The translations under genes and the position numbers were made by a program. 64,000 nt of DNA from the human T2T-CHM13v2.0 reference genome, Homo sapiens: assembly GCF_009914755.1 (NCBI RefSeq), contig NC_060926.1; one strand, 5' to 3'. Positions 54,584 through 64,000 of the stretch are shown one piece after another (within the stretch, counting starts at the first letter, position 1; every line of letters starts with the position of its first letter). Under the pieces are notes generated by a model. The model saw only the letters and a program-made list of their open reading frames with translations. It was not told the DNA's origin and ran no database searches.

Positions 54584-55602
54584 GCCCCTCAGCATTCTCT
54601 AGCATAGTGCCCATTCTCTGTTCTTATTCCACTTTATCATAAGCTGAACACTTTATTTTTTCATTTTTTATTTGTTGTTTATCTTCTCCTCCTCCTATGG
54701 GGGAAGGGGGAGTCGGTGAACTCAGTGTTGTATTCACACCACTTAACACAAGGCCTGGATCAAGGACAATGAACAGAGGGGGTGGGAGGAAGGCAAATTA
54801 TTCTGGGGCAGTGAGGGTTTTGGTGCAGTGTTAACAAATAACATAATAATTTGAAAAGTCCAAAGCCCAAATGTCAGCTCCTCTCTCCCCTTCTCCCATC
54901 ATTTGGTCCAAGTGGTCAGCAGGACCCCTTGCTCTCACACAGACGCATCTTCTCCCCTCCATCCTCACTGCCCCCACTCCCTCCCAGCCTCCATTCTCCC
55001 TCACCAGTGTCCTCATTAGTCTCACTGTTTTCTCCTCTTCCCCCATTAATCCATTCTAAACGCTGAATGTGTGCATGGGGTCGGGGGGAATAAAGGAAAA
55101 CTGAGGATCCATTTATTTTTCCAGGACTTTAAATGAATCTAAACCCCCTTCCCTCAAATAAATTAAGAACCAGTGGTTTGAATAAGATTTCTACTTCTAT
55201 TGACTCTTTCAATACGGTAATATACAAAAAAATTATGCAAAAGTATTCTCAGTTCTAAAGAGAGTGAAGATCATTCCCCTCATGCCCAGGTGGTGAGAGT
55301 ATAAATCATATTCTTTCCAGAAAGTAGTTTAGCCTGAGGTTCAAAAAGAACTATCATAGTCTGTTATCTACTAATTTCACTCCTAAGAACCTTGCCTGAA
55401 GGTGTATCTTGGGGCTCCAGCAAAGATTTGAATAAAGATCCACGTACAAAGATGCTCAGCAGTTTGCATATAGTGGATTATAAGCAACTCTAGAGGCCCA
55501 CAATGCAAAAAGGTTTAAACAAATCAGAATATAGCCATTAAGTGAATGTTATTCATCCAGTAAAACTATCTTTCAAGATTTTAATGACATAAGAAAATGC
55601 TC

Positions 55603-55930
55603 AGCCTGGCACACTGGCTCACACCTGTAATCCCAGCACTTTGAAAGGCCAGGGCTGGCGGATGGCCTGAGGTCAGGAGTATGAGAACAGTCTGGCCAAC
55701 ATGGCAAAACCCTGTCTCTACTAAAAATACAAAAATTAGCTGGGCATGGTGGCATGCACCTATACTCCCAGCTACTCAGGAGGCTGAGGCAGGAGAATGG
55801 CTTGAACCGGGAGTGGGGCAGAGGTTGCAGCAAGCCGAGATTGCGCCACTGCACTCCGGCCTGGGCAACAGAGTGAGAGTCTGTCTCAAAAAAAAAAAAA
55901 AAAAAAGAAAGAAAGAAAGAAAGAAAATAC
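55603..55930 (+). mobile_element. Alu (AluS-like) inside an old L1M fragment (about 55270-56190)
   Basis: Dimeric Alu, A/GAAA tail; TSD aagaaaatgc/aagaaaatac. Confidence 0.95.
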
Positions 55931-56849
55931 AATATAATATAGCGAGAGCGAGATACTATATATAAATGTATTTGTTCTCTAACACACACACATATGTGCA
56001 CAAATATACCTGCATGTACATGCCTGCAAAGACTGGAAAAGGAACAGCAAAAAGTTGCCAGCAATGATCTCTGAATAAGGAAATAATGGATGATTTTTTA
56101 TTTTTTCTTTCTAATTTTACATATGGCCCTCATTTTCTACACTGAATATAGAGACTTTTATATCCAGCTAAGAATTATCATGTTCGTAAATGAAGAACAG
56201 GAAGGCCTATGCAGGAAATAATCTGAAAATAGCAGCTAAGACCCTTATTAGACCTTAGACTCTCCCCGCCCTGCGCCCAGTTATGCCGCCACGACAGGCA
56301 GTCAGGACCCAGGGGAGCATGAACCCCAGGTGTCGATGGACTCCCCACAAAGGGTCTGTCTGCCTTTCCTGTCCTGTGACTTCAGCGGCTGTACCTGTCA
56401 GGGAAGGCTGGCTGGTGGGAGGAGCAGCACTGGAACCTCGCTGGTCTAACACTGCAGAAGTTTCTGTTTCCAGCTCAATCTGTAGGGCAGAGGGGAGGAG
56501 AGGTTGGGGGGACTCTACTCCACACCTTCCTTCAGGGACCCAGCTTGCTGCTCTTTGGGGGTGCTGCCATCCTCAACACGTGGCTTACAGGGTTCTCAGG
56601 GAGCAAGGGGAGGGAGAAAGAGACCGAGAGAGAGACAGAGAGAAAGAGAGAAAGAGGATGAATCCTGCCTGGCCGTGGGGTTCCACGCTTCTGCCTTCAT
56701 TCCTCCGCCCATCTCAGTTACTCGGTTCCCACTGCCTGCGAGGGCCTGGGAAGTGTAGTCCAGCCAGATGCCCAGAAGAAGAGAGGCACGGCTTTTCCTG
56801 AGTGCCAGCATGCGGGGCCTAACAACCCTCAAAAATGGCACCTCCTCAA

Positions 56850-57180
<331 letters not shown>

Positions 57181-58518
57181 TTATGTGGGGCCTGCGGAGT
57201 CCTATGGTTGGAAAAGGGAACAAGGGGGCCACCACCACCTCCCAACCCCTCCCTGCCGGAGGCTGCGCAGAATCCGCCATCCACAGGCCAGGCCTTGTCT
57301 ACTTCAGGTCTGTGAGCCCCAGCAGTGTGGACCCAAATCCTCATCAGGCTTCCGGCTGCCAGGGCTCTTCTGCCTGTGACAAACAAGGTCTCTCCTCTGA
57401 AGGAATTTCCAAGCTTCTCTTTGCTGGAAGGCAAAGGAGGATTTGGACCCGCCTATGAATAGCAAGGAAGCTGATGACTGAGAGTTAGCTTTTATCATTG
57501 CCGGAGCTGCAGGCCTTTGGGGAAGTGATAAGCCTCTCCCACTCCCGAAGCCCTTGTCCTGCCCTGCCCCCCACCACTCCCACCCCACCCCACCTCCACC
57601 CCTGTTAAGCTCAACCATTTCAGGCCATGTCGTCTGGTTATAGAATGAAATGTACAGAGCCTTCCCAAACACGGCCTCACCCAAGCGAGATCCCGGAGGA
57701 AAAAGTTGGAAGAGAAGGTGCAACAATTAATTCTGGGGTAAATTAATGGGGCAAATTAATTCTGAGCCTATGATGAGCTCCTAGGCAAGAACTGCATATC
57801 AAACTAAAATGCAGGCATTGTTTAAATCTGACTCAGGGGAGGTTGGGGAGTTTGCTACTGAAAAGAAAGGGTTTTGAAGTCGAGTCTCTCTTTAAAGTTT
57901 AATTGGGTCCTCAGAGGACATGAGTTTGCCCTACAGAGGAGATTCAGTAAACGTGCCTCAGGCTCCAAAGGCAAATCCCAAAGCAAGTGGCCTCCAGAGG
58001 TGCGCTGAGCTCCACGCCCATTGGAATGGCAGAGGGCTTTTCTGAAGGGGCCAGGCTCAGAGGAGGAGATGGGGTCCTGAGAAGCCATGGGTCCAGCAAC
58101 CAGGGCTGGGCTTTCTTCCCAAGTAAGTGTGCTAGCAAAGGCCCACAGGCAATGCCTCTCAAAAACTTCCACCAAAGCATTCCAGACAGAAAGGTGAACA
58201 CATATTTCAGGGGTGGAGTCATAGTCCTAAAGAGTTGGCACGAAGTAGGTCTCTTTATTTATATTTAAAATTCACAGGAACCCTGAATCCAATTCCATAA
58301 ACACACACACACAGAGATGCTTGTTTAACAACGTCCAAGAAATTACCATCAAGTACCATTAAGGTGCTGTGTGCTCCTTGGGGCTTCATCTCATAACTTA
58401 ATTTAGCACCTGCTACTCTCAAGTGTTGATCCCTGACCTGCAGCCTCAGCATGCCCTGGGAGCTCTAAGAAATGCAGGATCTGGGCCCCATCCCAACCCA
58501 GAGAACCAGAATCTGCAC

Positions 58519-58812
<294 letters not shown>

Positions 58813-59448
58813 AGAATCTATATTTTAACCAGATCCTGGTGTGACTCATTTGTACATCAAAATCTGAGAGGTGTTGCTCTGCCATGTGTTGTGAAGGGTG
58901 TGAACATCCCTGCCTAGGAAACATAGCTGCACAGACTTTTCTGGAAGTTCTGCCAGTGATTCTTCTCCATCCTACCGCTCGTTAACCCTACTCTCCACTT
59001 CGTTGCTTGGTTTTATCTTCTCCAGAGCACTTACCTGATATGATCTTGTTTGTGTTTGGAATACAGCTTCAGGAAGCAGGATTTGTTACAGCTTGTGAAA
59101 CAACCTCACTTACAACAGATGCTCAATGAAAGTGTTTTAAGTGAATGACTCTAACAGGGAGGAGAGAAGGAGGAGATGTGGGGTGGGTTGTAAAAGGTAA
59201 GTCAGGGGTCAGTCTTTTTATGAGAATTTCTCTACAAAGAACAATGTATTTTTTCTCTTGAAAATGATAAACAAAATGTCATATTGGAATGTCCACACCA
59301 TAATCTGTACTTAAATGTTCATATCAGATTTATTCATAATGGCCAAAAACAGAAACAGCCCAGATGTCCATCAATGGAAGAAGAGTTAAACACACAGTGG
59401 TATGTCCACACGAAGGAATACTAATCAGCAGTTAAAAAAAATTGCTCT

Positions 59449-59603
<155 letters not shown>

Positions 59604-59863
59604 TAAAAGGGTGAATATGATATAATTTTATTTACAGACTAGTGGTTGCATAGGGTTGGTAGAGGAGAACGAATGTGACAATAAGAGGGCAGCATGAGAG
59701 ATATTGGGAGGGTTGGAGCAGTTCTGTATTTTGATTGAGGTGGTGGTTATAGAAATCTACACATGTGACAAAATTGCTTAGAAACACACACACACGAGTG
59801 CATGAAATCTGAATAAGATCTGTGGATTGTACCTAGGTCAATTTCTTGGTTTTGATATTGTAC

Positions 59864-60213
59864 TGTCTCAGTGCATTTTCTGTTGCTATAACTGGAATAC
59901 CTAAGACTGAGTAATTAATAAAGAAAAGAAATTTATTCCTTAGAGTTCCAGAGGCTGCGAATTCCAAAGTCTAGAGGCTGCATCTGGTGAGGGCCTTCTT
60001 GCTGGTGGGGACTCTCCGCAGAGTCCCGAGGTGGTGCAGGGCATCACATGGTGAGGGGACTGAGCATGCTGGCTTAAGTATCTCTTTCTCCTCTTATAAA
60101 AGAGCCACTAATGCTCCATCCTCACTTCCCAAAGGTCCCACCTCTCCAATACCATAGTCAGATTTCCCACCCCTTAATACTTTCACAGGGGGGATTAGGT
60201 TTTAACATGAGTT
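59864..60213 (-). mobile_element. MSTD-like MaLR LTR
   Basis: tgttgctataac..aatacctaagactgagtaatt..taaagaaaagaaatttatt...ggtggggactctccgcagagtcccgagg. Confidence 0.78.
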
Positions 60214-61538
60214 CCCGTCGCATATTACAAATCTATAAGATATTAGTATTGGGGGAGACTGGGTAAAGCACACACAAATCTGCTCTACGCTGTTCTTGCA
60301 ATTCCTATGAATCTATAGTTTTTTTAAAAACAAAAAGTTTTAAAACATTCTATTGAAGTATCCATGGTTTAGCTAAGGGCTATGCCTTCTTTTAAAATGT
60401 GGAAGAATTTTATACTGTTTAGCACAACCTAACCATAGAAATGTTTTGAATTCCACTGTACAATATGTGTGTCCCTAAAGAAGAAACAACTGTGCCAAAA
60501 GCCATTAGGTGCCGACTTTCACTTGAATCTTAGAAAGAAATAATGCTGTGAAGGCTTTCTTTTTGCTTCTTGCATGCCAGTGCCGGGGCAGGGGCCTGTG
60601 GAGAGCTGCCTTGCTCAGGTGGAAGGAGACTGAGCAAAGCACTCCAAGAAGGCTGCATCGCGTTTAGGGGCGGTGGGGTTCACCACCATTGCCTGATGGT
60701 GTTCGAGACCCCACATGAACCCACGACTCAACCTAAGCAACAGAAATGATGTCCAGGGCAGCCAGGACCTGGTCCAAGAGAAGCCATGCCATCATCTTCC
60801 CCAGCCACCTGCATTTTGAGGAAGGGGCACTGTTGGAAGAATCTCCCTGACTTGAACCAGCAGTAAGGAATTACAAGGGTAGGCAATTGGAGACCTTCAT
60901 CTCCTCCCTGCCCCTCTTAATATCTGGGTATACAGTTCTTACTTGGGTCAAAATGTGTGTGGCCTACAGAAACTAAATGGGAGCACTATAAATAATGCAA
61001 GCTATTCCAAAGCCATTACAACAAAGGCAAGCTTGAAAACTCAAATGCCTGCAGGGGCTGGACAGGAAAAGGAGCGCGTGGGCCAAGCAGGACTGTGTGA
61101 ACTGAAGAAACAAACTGGGTCTAAGGGAACCTTCTCAGCTGACTGCTCCCTGGGGACACGGAGTCACCAAATGTCCCAGCTTCTCAAGACATGCCAGAAA
61201 CCTGGGTTTTCATGTAAAATGCACTGCTTTGAATGTAATAAAATTGTTTAAGACATCACATGCACGAAACAAGACACAAGTGCCAACAACATCTGACTTG
61301 TTCCTACCAGTCCACCTCCCCCGCAAGCCACTGTCCTTAAGAAAGAAAGGCAAGGACCAGGGGAAAGCCAGCAGGTCAGTCTGGGCCACGAGACAGCAGC
61401 TCTGCTACCCTCGACCTTGACATTTGTCCTCAGGCCTCTGGAGCTGCAGTGGCAGAGGAAAGCGACTTCACAGGAGAGAGAAACCAGATTGAGCGACATT
61501 GGGAGTTTGAACTGGCTCCACCAAGAATTTTTAAAAGG

Positions 61539-61835
61539 GACCAGGGCACAGTGGCTCACACCTATAATCCCAGCGCTTTGGGAGGTCGAGGCAGGTGGAT
61601 CACTTGAGTCCAGGAGTTCGAGACCAGCCTGGGCAACATGGGGAAACCCCATCTCTAAAAAAATACAAAAATTAGCTGAGCATGCTAGCACATGTCTGTG
61701 GTCCCAGCTACTTAGGAGGCTGAGGTGGGAGGATCACTCGAGCCAGAGTTGCAATGAGCCCAGATCATGCCACTGCACTCCAGCCTGGGCAACAGAGCCA
61801 GACTCTCAAAAAATAAATAAATAAAACTAAAAAAG
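61539..61835 (+). mobile_element. Alu (AluJ-like)
   Basis: cttgagtccagg, tgaggtgggaggatcac; flanking aaaaggga repeated. Confidence 0.94.
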
Positions 61836-63094
61836 GGATGAGCCGGAACATAATGTATTAATGTGAGCTTTTCCAACCTTCCATCCTCCAATCCAAGAGG
61901 GGAGGAAAGCTTGAGGAACACGATGTGCAGACCGGGGCTGAGGCTGGGGGACCAGGGAAGGGGAGGGTGCGGTCTGAGAACACTGGAGGGTGAGTGCAGT
62001 GGGTTTAAGGAAAGCTGCCAGGGACTAAGATTAGATCATCTTTACTGTCCTTCAAGAGGCCCAGGTAAAAGCGGAATTACTTTTGACCGTTACACTGTGT
62101 GTTAGAATTCAATAAGACCTTGCTGAGACTCGGCCAGTTCAGGTGAATCTGTTTACTGTGTAGAAATTCTTTCAGTTCCATCTGCAAACTGAAGGAGAGG
62201 CTTTATTCCCCCCGTAGTCTGCAGGTCTAAGGATGCGCTCTGTAAAATTTCGTAAGCCTCTGGGACTTGCCCAGCGTTCTCAGTGGTGACTGTCTTAAAA
62301 GCGACAATGTTGTTTGGGAGCATGGAGGTGAAGTGAAGAGAGGGCAGCTGCTCCACTTCGTGGCCTACGTGGGGAGGAGAGAAACTCCCCCTCAGGTTAA
62401 GGGCAGAAGACTTGTGTAGGGAGGGGTCATGTCATGAGGAAAAGCTGCACCCGTGACATGGGGGCAAGACAGGGCTTGTCTGATAAACTGGTGAGACTGC
62501 CCGGCTGAAGCCCATTCTGAGGGGGGATTGACAGACGAGCCTCTTGGAAGAGAATTTTCCCAAGGGAAGAGAGCCAGGCAGGCAAGGTCAGGCCGGAACA
62601 AAGCCTTAGTCATCCGAGGACGACACACTCCGAGTCCAGCCCACGTGACCCTGATCCAGCCCATGGAATCTGGCTGAAATCCTGGGAGAAATGACTTGGA
62701 GCCAAGATGAAAAGAGGTGTGCTCATCACAAGTCAGTCAGACCCTGGGGGTGCCAGACGGGGAGAGGGGCTTCATCCCTGCTTCTTCCCAAAGCAGCCCT
62801 CAGCTGTGCTCCCATATGTGACCCGCCCCCACCACCTCACCCCAGGAAGGGCCCACAGGGGTCAGAGAAGCACCTGGGTGCCTGGGGAAGGAGGGCCAGA
62901 GTCCACAAGGGACACTCCCAGGACTTCCAGGACTTCTGGGGGTGGGGCAGCCTAAGGTCATCAAATAACAGGAAGGGGCAAGAAAACACATGCTCCAAGA
63001 GTGAAAGTGACCCCAAGCTAACATCCAATCTAGGAGGCCCAAGAAAGCCCAGAAGACAGGCGCATCCACATGTCCCCCCATGATTATTTTTTAG

Positions 63095-63230
63095 GGTATC
63101 ATGTTTTACTTTACTAAAATTGTAAGCTCCTTGAAAGCAGGAATCTTTGTCTCTTTTATTCGATGCTCCGTTCCGGTGACAGAAAAGTGCCTGGTGTATA
63201 GTAAAGTCAATACTTATTGTCTGATAAATT
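63095..63230 (+). mobile_element. L2 3' end
   Basis: tgtaagctccttgaaagcaggaatctttgtct...gtgcctggtgtatagta..tcaatacttattg. Confidence 0.78.
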
Positions 63231-64000
63231 TCCCATAGAGTTTCACCATCATAGGGTTTTTTTTTTTTTTTTAATCAGTTGTTCTCAAGCTTTTTGTAGC
63301 AGCAGATGGTCTTCTTGAAATAAAACCTCGTGGGGAAGCTCAAAAAGCAAAACAGATAAATGTGGAGTTCCTCTGATAGAAGAGGAGATGGAATGAGGGA
63401 TCTCTGTCCAACGCAGCCCAGCCCAGCCCCATGCCTTATGGCTGGCCCTGAGAATGCTTCAGGCAATTCCTTAGGCCACAAAGAAGACAGCTAAAAACAC
63501 AAATATGGTCATTTTGTTAAAAACGAAGCTGACAGAGATGCCCATGCAACCTTTCCCCCTGGTGGCATTTGGAAAAAAACTCAGTGATATGAGATGAAGC
63601 CCCAGGGAAAGGATTAATGCTAGCTTAGCATATGGACGGATGGAGAAGCTGAAGTCAGGGCACCCTTCAGTTCATTATGCAGGGACGGAGGGCAGAGCAA
63701 CCCAAACCTGGCACATCATGCTCCTCCAGCCAACATGACAGCACCCGGCGAGCCCTGACACCTCATAAATATTCATGGCCTTTGGCTCAGCAGTTTCTGA
63801 ATATTCCTAAGTTTGAACTCTGCCTCCACACTGCCCGGGACAGGAAGCCAGGTGGAATTGAGACACAGCCCTTGCAGTTTTATCAAATGGTGAGTTTAAT
63901 TCTATTATTATTTTATCCTTCCCCAGAAAACTCCAGTTTTGCATTTATATTGAGTTACTCCTGGCTGTGTCTAGCAACAATGACACAATGTCCCTGTCAG

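Noticed and set aside
60673-60724. Small GC-rich hairpin (gtggggt..caccat/atggtg..accccac) as a pre-miRNA
   Set aside because: Stem too short and interrupted; no recognisable miRNA sequence.

Overview
Primate (most likely human) non-coding genomic DNA, intronic or intergenic. It carries about 20 Alus, many MaLR/ERVL/ERV1 solo LTRs (MST, MLT1, MLT2A1, MER74, LTR8, LTR33-like), L1M, L2 and MIR fragments, and DNA-transposon relics (MER5, MER91A, MER94, MER96, MER46C, MER47A, MER2, Tigger3a, Zaphod/MER115). Repeat family names come from my recall of consensus sequences, not from a search. No protein-coding exon, RNA gene or CRISPR array is supported; the ORFs are repeat-derived or chance. The most unusual signal is a series of local copy-paste insertions. 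Four short segments (23, 62, 250 and 333 bp) have near-identical same-orientation copies 1.5-4.2 kb away. Three of these landed inside transposon relics, with no target-site duplication (TSD) or poly-A, and one is a copy of a copy. Two more foreign inserts have no donor visible in the window. Also notable: a candidate TATA promoter/first exon with a CArG box at about 15.8-16.5 kb, an internally deleted MLT2A1 that keeps its DUX4-type motif, a 122-bp VNTR, a doubled MER96 palindrome and closely apposed inverted Alus. I cannot name the locus.
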